Assembly (NCBI GenBank): GCA_045632645.1
Contig: JAZQXC010000017.1
Span: 12,434-76,433 of the forward strand
Origin: Alphaproteobacteria bacterium
GTDB lineage: Bacteria; Pseudomonadota; Alphaproteobacteria; RF32; CAG-239
Direction of reading: 5' to 3'
DNA: 64,000 nucleotides
The position numbers were made by a program, and so were the translations under genes. Within the stretch, counting starts at the first letter, position 1, and every line of letters starts with the position of its first letter. Shown piece by piece: positions 18,589 through 31,218 of this stretch. The notes beneath the pieces are model-generated. The model saw only the letters and a program-made list of their open reading frames with translations, did not search any database and was not told the DNA's origin.

Positions 18589-19848
18589 ATGGAAATTAGG
18601 CAGTCAACACTTAAAAATGGACTACGAGTTATTACTGCTCCACGTCCTCAAATTGAAAGTGTTTCTCTTGGAATTTGGGTAAATACTGGCTCTTCTGATG
18701 AAACTATTGAAGATAATGGTATTTCTCATTTTATTGAGCACATGGTTTTTAAGGGAACAAAAAAGAGAAATTCATTGCAAATATCTGAAGATATTGAAAA
18801 TGTTGGTGGTGGAACAAATGCCTATACATCTCGTCACTTTACTTGTTTTTATGCTAAAATGCTTAAAAATGATTTAGAATTGGCTATTGATGTTATTGCT
18901 GATTTCATTACTTCTCCTTTGTTTGAAGAATCTGAAATGGTTAAAGAAAAGGAAGTTGTAGTACAAGAAATTAAGCAATCTCTTGATGCACCTGATGATT
19001 TAGTTTTTGATTATTTTCAAGAAACATGTTTTCCTAATCAGGCAACAGGACGCTCTATTTTAGGTCCTATTGATACGGTTAGAGGTTTTACAGCTGAGCG
19101 CATGCATAACTATATGAAAAATCATTATACTGCAAATAATATGGTTGTTGTGGCAGTTGGTAATCTTGATCATGATAAGTTTGTTAAAATGGCCGAAGAA
19201 AGATTATCAATGGTTGCACCAACGGGTAACTTTATTGCTGATAAGCAAGAGTATGTTGGTGGCGCTAAAATTGAATGCAAAGACATTGAACAAACTCATT
19301 TAGTGCTTGGATTTAAAGGCGCTTCTTATCTTAATGAAGATTATTATAAATATTCTGTTTTATCTACTATTCTTGGTGGAGGAATGTCTTCTAGACTATT
19401 TCAAGAAATTAGAGAAAAACGTGGACTTGTATATACAATTAATAGCTTTAATCAATCACTCAAAAATACTGGTGTTTTTGGAATATATGCTGGCACAACT
19501 CCCAATGAGCTTAATGAGCTCATTCCTGTTGTGACTGATGAAGTTAAAAAGCTTTTAAATGATAAGGTTAGTGATGCTGAATTAAATCGTGCAAAGACAC
19601 AAATTAAAGCAAGCCTTTTAATGTCTTTAGAAAGCTCTTCTTCTACGGCTGAAATATTAGCAAGACAGCTTCTTTTGTTTAATAGAATAATTCCGATAAG
19701 CGAAACTGTTGAAAAAATTGAAGCAATAACAAAAGATGATTTACAAAGAATTTCGCAAAATATTTTTACTACAAACCCAACTTATACAATACTGGGGTGT
19801 AATGGTATGAAATATCCGGATTACGATTATATTAAAAGCTTGCTCTAG
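18589..19848 (+). CDS. M16 family zinc peptidase
   Basis: inverted HFIEH motif, GGGMSSRLFQEIREKRGL. Confidence 0.95.
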   Translation: MEIRQSTLKNGLRVITAPRPQIESVSLGIWVNTGSSDETIEDNGISHFIEHMVFKGTKKRNSLQISEDIENVGGGTNAYTSRHFTCFYAKMLKNDLELAIDVIADFITSPLFEESEMVKEKEVVVQEIKQSLDAPDDLVFDYFQETCFPNQATGRSILGPIDTVRGFTAERMHNYMKNHYTANNMVVVAVGNLDHDKFVKMAEERLSMVAPTGNFIADKQEYVGGAKIECKDIEQTHLVLGFKGASYLNEDYYKYSVLSTILGGGMSSRLFQEIREKRGLVYTINSFNQSLKNTGVFGIYAGTTPNELNELIPVVTDEVKKLLNDKVSDAELNRAKTQIKASLLMSLESSSSTAEILARQLLLFNRIIPISETVEKIEAITKDDLQRISQNIFTTNPTYTILGCNGMKYPDYDYIKSLL

Positions 19849-19889
19849 TTAAATTAAAAGCGCAAATCTTAAAATTTGCGCTTTATTTT

Positions 19890-21473
19890 TTATATATTAT
19901 ATTTTCTTTTTAGTTTTGATAACCCCTCTTCTGTTAAGATGAGGATTATTATATCGCCATCTATATAAATTGCATCATCAGATGGCCAAGCTTTAGCTCT
20001 ATTTTTGATATAATCTACACCATTTCTTGATAAATCTTCAAAACTTGCATTATTATAAAAAATATCTTCTGGATAGTAGAAGTTATATACTATTCTTGAC
20101 ATATATTGCGGTGTAAATGATGTCTCAAGTAAATCTAGTCCTATTTCCTCATTTATTTGCTTTTTATAGTAATTTTTACGCAATGATAGACTTCCTACTT
20201 GGTACAATTTATACTTTCTTTTGGCACTAAATCCCTTATAACTTTCTAGTCTTGATACTATTCTTTCATGTGCTTTCATCTCTGCATCAAAACCTAATTT
20301 CCAAGTTTTAAGAGCGTAACTATCACGAACAATTGACATAAATGTTATAATAATAACTAAAGCAATTGATGCTTTTTTTAGTTTTGCATTCTCAATTGAT
20401 AGTATAAAACTTAAGAATAATCCATATACATAGACTAAACCATAAAAATCTAATCTTGGAACAAAGGCAAAATTTTCCATCTCAGCTAAAACTTCACCTC
20501 GTTCATCTGCTATAAAATATGCAAACTTAGAAACAAATAATACCAAAACTAACAAACCTGTTGTTGGTATAAGTTTTTTTATTCCTGCTTTATAAAGAGC
20601 TATACCACCCCCAAATACGCTCATAATAAGTAGCAATACTTTATATTTATATTCCATAAATGGTAATATTGCTGTAAACTGTGTAAACATTACCTTAAAT
20701 GTTTCAGCTAGTTTTTGAGGCATAAAGTCTAATGGTATAATTTTGGTATTATAGCTAGAGGTTAGTGTTGATAAGCTAATAATTATCTTAAATATTATCA
20801 ATGCAACAATTACATCTATTGCTATTGGAATATTCTTTTTAATGATTGATAAAAAACTTTCTTTATTTGATAAATAATCTACAATTATTGCACCTAGTAC
20901 ACATATGCCTATCATGTTGATTACTGCAACATAGGAAGAAAATGCAAACACCAATAATACTATTGATAACACATTGTTGATGAGCTTGTTTTTCTTAGTT
21001 GCTATTTTAGATAACCATAATGCAGACATTACAATAAAAGGAAGGCTCAAATTAATTAAAGCATCTTTAGCATAATATAACCAGACCAATGTATATGGCA
21101 TAACTGATATAAATGTTGCAAACAATGTATAATTAAGTGTTGAACCTTTTATCTTCCAATATTTGGCTAGCATAATTGAGCTTATGCTTAAAAACGCAAA
21201 AGAAAAAAGATTATTTAGCAGTGGCAATATTTGACCTGAAAAGAGTATTGACTGCAATGCAAAATGCAATGGTCGACCTTCAAAAGTCCCCTCTTTCCAA
21301 AATGTTTGCCCCCTTACATATAGCCAATCATGATCTCCAAACATGAAGTTGGTTGTATGAAATAGAAATGCTATATTTATAAGTATAAATGATATTAAAA
21401 ATGATTTTTTCATGTATAATGGTATGTTTTTATACCAATTTACTAGCTTTTTTTCTATTTCTAGATAATTCAT
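19890..21473 (-). CDS. GtrII-like glucosyltransferase (GT-C) membrane protein
   Basis: about 11 TM segments, N-terminal GDHD...EGR loop, C-terminal soluble domain ending AWPSDDAI. Confidence 0.65.
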   Translation of the reverse strand: MNYLEIEKKLVNWYKNIPLYMKKSFLISFILINIAFLFHTTNFMFGDHDWLYVRGQTFWKEGTFEGRPLHFALQSILFSGQILPLLNNLFSFAFLSISSIMLAKYWKIKGSTLNYTLFATFISVMPYTLVWLYYAKDALINLSLPFIVMSALWLSKIATKKNKLINNVLSIVLLVFAFSSYVAVINMIGICVLGAIIVDYLSNKESFLSIIKKNIPIAIDVIVALIIFKIIISLSTLTSSYNTKIIPLDFMPQKLAETFKVMFTQFTAILPFMEYKYKVLLLIMSVFGGGIALYKAGIKKLIPTTGLLVLVLFVSKFAYFIADERGEVLAEMENFAFVPRLDFYGLVYVYGLFLSFILSIENAKLKKASIALVIIITFMSIVRDSYALKTWKLGFDAEMKAHERIVSRLESYKGFSAKRKYKLYQVGSLSLRKNYYKKQINEEIGLDLLETSFTPQYMSRIVYNFYYPEDIFYNNASFEDLSRNGVDYIKNRAKAWPSDDAIYIDGDIIILILTEEGLSKLKRKYNI

Positions 21474-21502
21474 GTATCTTTTTCCTTTCTTATAAACTAA
21501 GT

Positions 21503-22363
21503 TTATTTTAAGTCAAAGCTCTTGTTATATGTTAAAGATAAGCCAATTGTGCTGTGCGCTCTTGAGCTTCTTGCTCCTCTTGTTTCTGCTAATTCATAGT
21601 TATAGAAAGGAGCCAAATATAAATCACCAGTTAATTTTGTTTGAATACGGTTATTAAAGGCTAATTTATACTCAAAGTCTGTTGGCTCTTTTTCTGAATA
21701 ACTAAAGAAATGACGATAATAACCATCTGAAATAAATGTGGTATATGGATTTAGTGCATAATTAAATTCATAACCAATTTCAGCACCGGTTTTCATATTG
21801 TTATCATCATAAGTCATATCATTTTCTTCTACGGCTGCGATATATAATTGTTTGAAGTATTTACCTTCATATAATTTCATACCAACTTTTGCACGCAAAA
21901 TTTTTGTTCTGTAACTTTCGTCATTCAAGTCAAATGATGTAAATTCTGTTTCATAACCTAAATAAGCAAATGGACCAACAATACCTTGTTCTAATTGCCA
22001 TACTTTATGAGTATAATCTGTATAGAGCAAGATTTCGTCTTTGTCTTCGTTTTCAGTTGTTACACCAGCTTCAGTGGTTTCTGACTTTCCATATTCTGCA
22101 AAAATACCATTAACCCATACCATTGAGTCTTTTTCATATGTAACATTAGCATCAAATATGCCACCAATATTGCTTTTTTCATCTGCGTTATATGAATCTG
22201 GATAGTTTGGATCATTTTTATTAGAAACGCTGTGTTCCATATATTCTAATGCTATTCTTTTAATATTTGCATTTAACGAATAATCATCTACATTATTAGC
22301 TGAGGCTGAAAATGCAAATACTGATAAACCTAATGCTGATATACATAAATCTAATTTTCTCAT
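21503..22363 (-). CDS. outer-membrane beta-barrel protein (DUF481/DUF3078-like)
   Basis: signal peptide, amphipathic Tyr-rich beta strands, aromatic C-terminus. Confidence 0.65.
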   Translation of the reverse strand: MRKLDLCISALGLSVFAFSASANNVDDYSLNANIKRIALEYMEHSVSNKNDPNYPDSYNADEKSNIGGIFDANVTYEKDSMVWVNGIFAEYGKSETTEAGVTTENEDKDEILLYTDYTHKVWQLEQGIVGPFAYLGYETEFTSFDLNDESYRTKILRAKVGMKLYEGKYFKQLYIAAVEENDMTYDDNNMKTGAEIGYEFNYALNPYTTFISDGYYRHFFSYSEKEPTDFEYKLAFNNRIQTKLTGDLYLAPFYNYELAETRGARSSRAHSTIGLSLTYNKSFDLK

Positions 22364-22468
22364 AATATATGTCCTAGTTACTTTGTTAGTCCAAAAGTGT
22401 TTTGTATTATGAGGTTAGTTCTATCTTATTTGATTAGCAAAGATTTTTAACTACTTATCAACGGCTAA

Positions 22469-23311
22469 TTAGCCTTTTGAATGCAATAGAGCTTTGATAA
22501 ATAATCTTACTCTGTCATTTAATTTTATATTTGGCTTTGGTGAGATAATTTCCCATCCTCTGTTATCCATTAATTCAAAATATCTATGATATAAATTTAG
22601 CATATATACAATTGGTTTAGAATTTTTATTGTTGCTTTCTTCTAATAGACGATATGCTTCAACATAGGATGTTCTTGCTAAATCAGCTAAATGCTGGCGT
22701 GCCACATATAAATTTGTATGAGTTAACACCTCTTTAGATGATAAGTTAGGAGCTATCTCTGCTTTTTGTAAATATTCTTCTGGGATATATATGTGTCCAC
22801 TTAGCATATTTTCTTTTATATCTTTTAAGATGTTTGTTATTTCAACTGCTCTTCCTATTGCTCGTCCTAAAGCTTTAGTTGTATCTTCATCAAATTCAGC
22901 AATTACTTTTAAGATTAAATAACTTGGAACTTCTGCAACACCTTGACAATACTTTTCAAACTCATCTAATGATGGTCTAGTTAAAGGATTTGGGCAATCC
23001 ATTGAAAAACCATCAAGTATTGCACGAAGGCTCTCCTCTTTTACCTTAAAGCGCATACAATTTTTATATATTTTTCGCCCTATATCTGTTTCTGGAACTT
23101 TTTTATCGTAGATATTAGATATTTCTCTATTCCAGGCAGCAATAATATCTTCTTTATCCTTTTTAGATAATGAGCTTGAACATAAGTCATCAAAATGCTT
23201 AATTAATGCATACAATGTGTATACAGCTTCTCGCTTTGCCTTAGGGTAATGTCTTGTACACCAAAAAACAGCTGAATGATTTTTTCTAATTATACGTCCA
23301 ATAGAGCTCAT
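22469..23311 (-). CDS. squalene/phytoene synthase family (HpnD-like)
   Basis: KREAVYTLYA...DDL, GFSMD, YCQGVA, NILKDI, GHIYIP. Confidence 0.82.
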   Translation of the reverse strand: MSSIGRIIRKNHSAVFWCTRHYPKAKREAVYTLYALIKHFDDLCSSSLSKKDKEDIIAAWNREISNIYDKKVPETDIGRKIYKNCMRFKVKEESLRAILDGFSMDCPNPLTRPSLDEFEKYCQGVAEVPSYLILKVIAEFDEDTTKALGRAIGRAVEITNILKDIKENMLSGHIYIPEEYLQKAEIAPNLSSKEVLTHTNLYVARQHLADLARTSYVEAYRLLEESNNKNSKPIVYMLNLYHRYFELMDNRGWEIISPKPNIKLNDRVRLFIKALLHSKG

Positions 23312-23319
23312 TTTAATTC

Positions 23320-24060
23320 CTATATTATGTTTTGTTTTATTTTCATTTTTTTACTTCTTATAGTCATAATATAATGCAAACCATATAAAAATGAGTTAAC
23401 ATAATCAGATTTTTTTATTTTTTCTGATTTTTTTTCAATTATTATTTTTAACAGCCCAATATAAAATCCTAACTTTAGCTTAAACAACAAACCTTTTGAG
23501 GTAGGTAAAATATATTTTGCCTCATTAAAAAGTGTAATATTTTGTTTATCTAATTCTTTAATATTAAATAATATTTTATTGTTTTTAAATATTTTTTGTA
23601 GTTCTCTGTTTTCTTTTACGTAAAGCGAAAAATATGCTAATACCAAATTTGAAAAAGGCTGGTAAAATATTGGAGAATTATTATTTAATACTGCAATCAA
23701 TCTTGATATTGGCGATATAATTGGCATTAAAAGTGGAAATGATTTTGTATATTCTAGTTCGTATCTATTTTTTATAAACCATGAAAAACCATCTATTGGT
23801 TCTAATAATATTGATAGAGATATATTTCTTTTAATAAATTCCTTTTGTAAATTTCCTAAAAGATAATTTTCGCTCCAGTTTCTTTGAACTCCTTGATAAA
23901 TGTTGCTAAAAAATTTATAATTACACTTTTTTTGCCCTATTCCTCTTATGCTTAAGAGTTTTATCCACTTTAGATACGATAAGAAAAACTCTCTATCTTT
24001 TTTGGGAACGAGCTTTAAGTAAATGCTTAGAGGTGGTAATGTTGTGTTATAATACTGCAT
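23320..24060 (-). CDS. highly diverged squalene synthase-like (HpnC-like) protein
   Basis: position between trmFO and the HpnD-like gene; remnant IDGF...NRY...SPISRL pattern; start overlaps trmFO stop. Confidence 0.45.
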   Translation of the reverse strand: MQYYNTTLPPLSIYLKLVPKKDREFFLSYLKWIKLLSIRGIGQKKCNYKFFSNIYQGVQRNWSENYLLGNLQKEFIKRNISLSILLEPIDGFSWFIKNRYELEYTKSFPLLMPIISPISRLIAVLNNNSPIFYQPFSNLVLAYFSLYVKENRELQKIFKNNKILFNIKELDKQNITLFNEAKYILPTSKGLLFKLKLGFYIGLLKIIIEKKSEKIKKSDYVNSFLYGLHYIMTIRSKKMKIKQNII

Positions 24061-25396
24061 TTTGCCATTCCATAATTGCATTTAGTGCTCTTTGAGACTG
24101 TGCTTTCTTTTTATCACTTCCTTTTAAGTAACGCTTTTTACCCTTTTCGGTTATAAGTGGTGGAACTTCAGGAAAGAGACCAAAATTTATATTCATTGGC
24201 TGGAAGTTTTCTATATCTGTATCATCGCTTATATGAGCGAGCTGACAGCCAAATGCTGTTTCTCTTGGTGGAAGAATTGGCTCTTTATTATTAACTAAAC
24301 ATGATGCAAAATACCCGGCTAACCAGCCAATTGATGCGCTCTCTATATATCCTTCTGTTCCGGTTATTTGTCCTGCAAACATAATGTTTGGAGATTTTTT
24401 TAGGCGTAAGTATTTATCTAGCAATATTGGCGATTTTATAAAGGTATTTTTATGAATTCCACCAAGGCGTGCAAATACTGCATTTTCAAGCCCTGGTATT
24501 TTCTTAAATATGCGAACTTGTTCGCTGTGCTTTAATTTAGTTTGAAATCCAACAATATTTCTTAATGTATCTTCTTTGTTGTCTTGACGAAGTTGAACTA
24601 CGGCATAAGGTTTTGTTGTTGAGTGTGGATTTGTCAACCCAACTGGTTTTAAAGGCCCAAACATGAGGGTATCCTTTCCACGCTCTGCCATTACCTCTAT
24701 TGGCAAGCATCCATCAAAATATGTTGGCTTTTCAAACTCATGAAACTCAACCTTCTCACCTTTTAACAACTCATCAATAAAGTCATAGTATTCTTCTTTG
24801 CTCATTGGACAATTAATATAGTCATATTTATCGCCTTTATCGTAACGAGATTGGTACCATGCTTTAGTAAAATCTATGCTATCTTTATAAATAACTGGAG
24901 CTATTGCGTCATAAAATGATAATTTTTCACCTCCTATTGTTTTTGATATACTTTCAGCTAATGGTTTTGATGTTAAGGGACCTGTTGCTATTATGGTTAT
25001 TTCATCTTCATTTATTGGAAGCTCTGTTACTTCTTTTTCATATATTGTGATATTAGGGTGGGATTTAAGTTTGTCTGTAATGTATAATGCGAATCTATCC
25101 CTATCAACAGCAAGCGCTCCACCTGCTGGAACTTTGTTTACATCAGCACTTTCCATAATTAGTGATTTAACCATGCGCATTTCTTGATGCAAAAGACCAA
25201 CAGCGTTGTTATTATAATCATCTGAACGAAATGAATTAGAGCACACAAGCTCTGCAAAAGATGTGTTTTTATGCGCATCAGACATTTTGTTTGGCTTCAT
25301 ATCATATAATGAAACCTTGATTTCTCTATTAGCTAATTGCCATGCTGCTTCTGATCCTGCTAATCCTGCACCTATAACATTTACTTTAATTATCAT
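24047..25396 (-). CDS. trmFO: tRNA (uracil-54) methyltransferase TrmFO (Gid)
   Basis: GAGLAGSEAAWQ, AELVCSNSFRS, FAGQITGTEGY, FQPMNINFGL. Confidence 0.98.
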   Translation of the reverse strand: MIIKVNVIGAGLAGSEAAWQLANREIKVSLYDMKPNKMSDAHKNTSFAELVCSNSFRSDDYNNNAVGLLHQEMRMVKSLIMESADVNKVPAGGALAVDRDRFALYITDKLKSHPNITIYEKEVTELPINEDEITIIATGPLTSKPLAESISKTIGGEKLSFYDAIAPVIYKDSIDFTKAWYQSRYDKGDKYDYINCPMSKEEYYDFIDELLKGEKVEFHEFEKPTYFDGCLPIEVMAERGKDTLMFGPLKPVGLTNPHSTTKPYAVVQLRQDNKEDTLRNIVGFQTKLKHSEQVRIFKKIPGLENAVFARLGGIHKNTFIKSPILLDKYLRLKKSPNIMFAGQITGTEGYIESASIGWLAGYFASCLVNNKEPILPPRETAFGCQLAHISDDTDIENFQPMNINFGLFPEVPPLITEKGKKRYLKGSDKKKAQSQRALNAIMEWQNAVL

Positions 25397-25513
25397 TTTA
25401 CCCCCTTTTATTATATAGAAATGTTATAATTATATATCTTCGGTTTGTAAATACTAAAAATTTGATGATTTTTAAAAAAACTTTGTTATAATGGGCTGAA
25501 CAGGAAGAAAGTT

Positions 25514-26479
25514 ATGAATAAATACAAATACTTAGTTTTTATACTTGTTTTATATATTGTTTTAAATTTTACCCCGATTTGCTCTTATGCACAATCGGAG
25601 ATGGATTTATTGCTTGAAGAAAATAAAAAAAGTAATACAAAAACTGATGATGCAGATATTGATTTTATGGATATGTTATCTGCTTCAGTTGAAGAAGATA
25701 ATAGTGTTGAAGTAAAAAAAGAAGACACTTCAACTAATAATATTAGTGCAGAAAATGATGATTCAGGGACTTGGCTTGATTTCTTATTTAAAAAAGTTGC
25801 TTCTAAAGCAACAACAGATCTAAAAGAAGAAGAAATTGTTTCTGATACAAATGAGGACTTAGATGACTTTCAAATAAAATCTAATGCTGCATATTTTGAT
25901 ATTTCTAAAGTTAGATTAAGAATGAAACCTCAAGAGGTTGAAAAAATATTAAAAGAACAAGGATATAGAAAAATATCTGAAAACCTTGAAATACCTAACT
26001 TTATTGAATGGAGAGCAGAAGAACTTTGTCGAATTAATGGTGTTATTGGATTTGAAAGACTGAGGGCTTGTGCAACTAGAATCGCACAAAGCAATGGACA
26101 CCAATTTATTGAAAAGCAAACTTATAATAGGCATACCACAAGAGAAACTATTGAGGTTAATTATACATCTTCGTTTACTGATAATGTTTCGTATAGAGTT
26201 TATTATAAAAGTAACCTCCCTATGTCTGATAGCAAAAACTCTAAGCATGTTTATATCAATAATATAAAAATTTTTGATTTTTGGCGAAGAATTGATTTGA
26301 AATATGGAAAGCCTGATAATGCTTCTGAGGTTAAATGGGGATTTGGAGGTAAGAAACCTTATTTACAGGCCAAAACTGGAGAACTTGTTTTAATGGACCA
26401 ATTGCTTGTTTCTCTTGATACAACAAGAATGTATAATGAAGACTCTCAAATGTCTAATGTTCAATATTATAATTTTTAA
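25514..26479 (+). CDS. secreted hypothetical protein
   Basis: signal peptide, acidic linker, C-terminal globular domain starting FDISKVRLRMKPQEV. Confidence 0.75.
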   Translation: MNKYKYLVFILVLYIVLNFTPICSYAQSEMDLLLEENKKSNTKTDDADIDFMDMLSASVEEDNSVEVKKEDTSTNNISAENDDSGTWLDFLFKKVASKATTDLKEEEIVSDTNEDLDDFQIKSNAAYFDISKVRLRMKPQEVEKILKEQGYRKISENLEIPNFIEWRAEELCRINGVIGFERLRACATRIAQSNGHQFIEKQTYNRHTTRETIEVNYTSSFTDNVSYRVYYKSNLPMSDSKNSKHVYINNIKIFDFWRRIDLKYGKPDNASEVKWGFGGKKPYLQAKTGELVLMDQLLVSLDTTRMYNEDSQMSNVQYYNF

Positions 26480-26501
26480 TTTAATATATGGGGTTAAATA
26501 A

Positions 26502-27101
26502 ATGAGTAATACTTTTTTATCTGAAGTTATTGCAACTAGACTTTCGCACGACTTGATTGGCAACATTGGTGCTGTATCAAATGCTGTTGAGCTATTAAAT
26601 GAAGGCGATGAGCAAGATTTAGATGATGTAAAAAATATCTTAAACTTTAGTTCAAATGTATTAAATAAAAGATTGAAATTCTTTAGACTTTGTTTTGGTT
26701 TGTCAAATGCTAGTGTTAAATCTATTGATGAATTAAAGAGTATTAGTATTGATTATTTATCAACTATTGGCAATCCTAATTTTAAGATTGATTTAGAGCT
26801 TAATATTTCTACCCCAAAAATATTTAAGTTTGTGATGCCTGCAATTATGATGATGGCTGATGTTATTATTAAAGGTGGAAATATTATTGTAAAAGAAACA
26901 GAAACCGCTCTTAAGATTTGTGTTAACTCAGATGCTAATCTTAATGTATCTAAATTAAAAAATATTGATGACATTTTAAAAGGCATTGAGGTTAATGAAA
27001 ATATTTCATCTTTTGCACCTTTGTTTTATTTATTAGAATATACAAAATCTAGCAAAATAAATGTTTATCTAAACGAAAGCACTCTTGTTATTGGAGAATA
27101 A
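26502..27101 (+). CDS. chpT: histidine phosphotransferase ChpT
   Basis: RLSHDLIGNIGAVSNAVELL, RLKFFRLCFG. Confidence 0.85.
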   Translation: MSNTFLSEVIATRLSHDLIGNIGAVSNAVELLNEGDEQDLDDVKNILNFSSNVLNKRLKFFRLCFGLSNASVKSIDELKSISIDYLSTIGNPNFKIDLELNISTPKIFKFVMPAIMMMADVIIKGGNIIVKETETALKICVNSDANLNVSKLKNIDDILKGIEVNENISSFAPLFYLLEYTKSSKINVYLNESTLVIGE

Positions 27102-27107
27102 TCATTT

Positions 27108-29288
27108 ATGGCTGTTTATGGTGTTCTTCTCCCACTTGTTTTTGATGATGTATTTGACTATTCATGTGATGAATATCTTCAAGTTGGTCAATTAGTGTTG
27201 GTTCCTTTTGGCAGAGAAGAGCACATTGGTATTGTATATAAAACGGGAAAAACGGCCAATATTGATGATAAAAAAATAAAAAAAATCAAAGAAATTATTA
27301 AACTTCCTTTAATTTCCTTTAAGTTGATTTCTTTTATTGAAAAAGTGGCACAATATAACCTTGCTTCTAAAGGTCTAGTATTAAAAATGGTTTTAGGGCA
27401 AAAAACAAATCAACTTCCTAAACAAAAAATTCAACTTCTTGGTTTAAATATCAAAAATAAAAATTTAGATGGTATTAGGATTACTGAAAACCGAAAAGCT
27501 GTTTTTAGCCTTTTAGATAATAATGTAGAGCTTGACAAAGAAGCTATTATTGAAAAAACTGGCGTTAGTGATAGTGTTATTAACGCTATGATAAAAAGTG
27601 GTTTTTTATATAAAAAAGATGTTTTAATTAATGAAGAAGCGCCTCTGCAACAGGTTAACTTAAGAAAACAAGTTGAATTAACTGATGAACAGCAACTTGC
27701 TTCTGATATTTTAATAAAAAAGGTAAATAATGGATTTTCTGCCACCCTTCTTGATGGAATTACAGGTAGTGGTAAAACAGAGGTTTATTTTGAAGCTGTG
27801 GCTGAAGCATTAAAATTAAATAAGCAGGTTTTAGTTTTGGTTCCTGAGATTTCTTTAACAACACAATGGCTTAAAAGATTTGAAAAAAGATTTGGTGTAA
27901 TACCTTTTATTTGGCATTCTGAGGTTGGGGTTAGAGAAAAAGCTAAAACTTGGAAAGCTGTTAGTCAAAATAATGCAAAGGTGGTGGTTGGTGCAAGATC
28001 TGCCCTATTCTTACCTTATGCTGATTTGGGCATTATTGTTGTTGATGAAAGTCATGACCACTCTTTTAAGCAAGAGAGCCTTGTTAATTACCAAGGAAGA
28101 GACATGGCAGTTTTAAGATCTCACTTAGAACAAGTCCCTATTATTCTATCAACGGCTACTCCTGATTTAGAAACTTTAGTTAATGTTGATGAAGCTAAAT
28201 ATGATTGTGTTAAGCTTAGAAAACGCTATGCTAAAGCTACTTTGCCCGAAATAAAAATCATTGATATAAAAAAAGATAAACCTCAAAAAGGAACGTGGGG
28301 TGTTTCTTTTATTGCACCAACATTGGTTGATGAATTAAAGAAAAACCTTGAGCGTGGGGAACAATCTATGTTGTTTCTAAACAGACGTGGTTATGCTCCT
28401 TTAATGATTTGTAGAGATTGTGGACACAGGATTCAATGTCCTCATTGTACGGCTTGGCTTTCTGAGCACAGAATTACTGGTGAGCTTGTTTGTCATCATT
28501 GTGGTTATAAAATGCATACCCCAAAAAGATGTCCGCATTGTGCTTCTGAAGATGGCTTAACTGCTTGCGGTCCTGGTGTTGAGAGAATTGCCGAAGAAGT
28601 AAAAAATAGATTTCCAACAGCTAAAGTAGAGATTTTATCTAGTGATATTACCTCAAATTATAAAGAAATATCTGAGGTTATTAAGAAAACATCGAATAAA
28701 GAAGTTGATATTCTTATTGGAACACAAATTTTAGCTAAAGGGCACAACTTCCCTGACCTTACTCTTGTTGGTGTTATTGATGCTGACCTTGGTTTAATGG
28801 GAACCGATTTGCGTTCTACTGAACAAACTTTTCAACTTTTATCTCAGGTTGCTGGGCGTGCAGGGCGTGGTGAAAGAAAAGGCATTGTTTATCTACAAAC
28901 CCTCTACCCTGACAATCTGATTTTAGATGCCGTTATTAAACATGACAGAGAGGCATTTATTGATATTGAAAAAAGCTCAAGACTTATGCTAAAAATGCCT
29001 CCTTATGGAAAATTGGCAGCGGTGATTATTAGTTCAACAAACAATGAACTTGCTGAAACAACTGCTTATTTACTTGGAAAGTGTGCGCCTAGAACAGATA
29101 ATATTCAAACTTTTGGCCCTGCTCCGGCTCCTCTTAGCTTGCTTAGAGGAAAGTATAGATATAGACTTTTAATTAAAACTTCTAAAAATATTAATATTCA
29201 AGAAGTTATAAAAAAATGGATGAGTATGGTAAAAATAAAATCTAACGTTAGAGTTGATGTAGATATTAACCCATACTCATTTATGTAA
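27108..29288 (+). CDS. priA: primosomal protein N'
   Basis: GITGSGKTEVY, DESHD, NRRGY, Cys-rich zinc region, QVAGRAGR. Confidence 0.98.
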   Translation: MAVYGVLLPLVFDDVFDYSCDEYLQVGQLVLVPFGREEHIGIVYKTGKTANIDDKKIKKIKEIIKLPLISFKLISFIEKVAQYNLASKGLVLKMVLGQKTNQLPKQKIQLLGLNIKNKNLDGIRITENRKAVFSLLDNNVELDKEAIIEKTGVSDSVINAMIKSGFLYKKDVLINEEAPLQQVNLRKQVELTDEQQLASDILIKKVNNGFSATLLDGITGSGKTEVYFEAVAEALKLNKQVLVLVPEISLTTQWLKRFEKRFGVIPFIWHSEVGVREKAKTWKAVSQNNAKVVVGARSALFLPYADLGIIVVDESHDHSFKQESLVNYQGRDMAVLRSHLEQVPIILSTATPDLETLVNVDEAKYDCVKLRKRYAKATLPEIKIIDIKKDKPQKGTWGVSFIAPTLVDELKKNLERGEQSMLFLNRRGYAPLMICRDCGHRIQCPHCTAWLSEHRITGELVCHHCGYKMHTPKRCPHCASEDGLTACGPGVERIAEEVKNRFPTAKVEILSSDITSNYKEISEVIKKTSNKEVDILIGTQILAKGHNFPDLTLVGVIDADLGLMGTDLRSTEQTFQLLSQVAGRAGRGERKGIVYLQTLYPDNLILDAVIKHDREAFIDIEKSSRLMLKMPPYGKLAAVIISSTNNELAETTAYLLGKCAPRTDNIQTFGPAPAPLSLLRGKYRYRLLIKTSKNINIQEVIKKWMSMVKIKSNVRVDVDINPYSFM

Positions 29289-29292
29289 TATC

Positions 29293-29682
29293 TTATTTGT
29301 GTTTTTGCTGTAATTTTTTATTTATTTCTTCTTTTTCATATAATTCCTTTAGCCATTTATAAAACGGATTATGGAATTCTTTATCTAACTCTCTTGCCTT
29401 TTCTAAATCAATTTCTTGCTTATTAAAAGCAACTTCTGTTAAAATTGTACAAGTATTATTTTTTATATCAGCAGCTCCACCTGCAACTAGCCATTCATCT
29501 ATTACTTTATTTTCTTCATCTAGTATTTGAATTTTACCAATTTCTAAGCCAATTAGTGTTGGAGCTCTGTCTTTTAATACGGTAATTGTTTTATTATCAA
29601 AAGGTAATACCGCACGGTACACCTTTTGAACTAAAACTTGTTTTTCAGGCATATATATTTTTAATTCAATATCTTTAGCCAT
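29293..29682 (-). CDS. atpC: ATP synthase F1 epsilon (diverged)
   Basis: follows atpD; beta-sandwich pattern PEK..V..LP..VL.DRAP, GGAAD. Confidence 0.82.
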   Translation of the reverse strand: MAKDIELKIYMPEKQVLVQKVYRAVLPFDNKTITVLKDRAPTLIGLEIGKIQILDEENKVIDEWLVAGGAADIKNNTCTILTEVAFNKQEIDLEKARELDKEFHNPFYKWLKELYEKEEINKKLQQKHK

Positions 29683-31203
<1,521 letters not shown>

Positions 31204-31218
31204 TTATACTCTCCTTTT

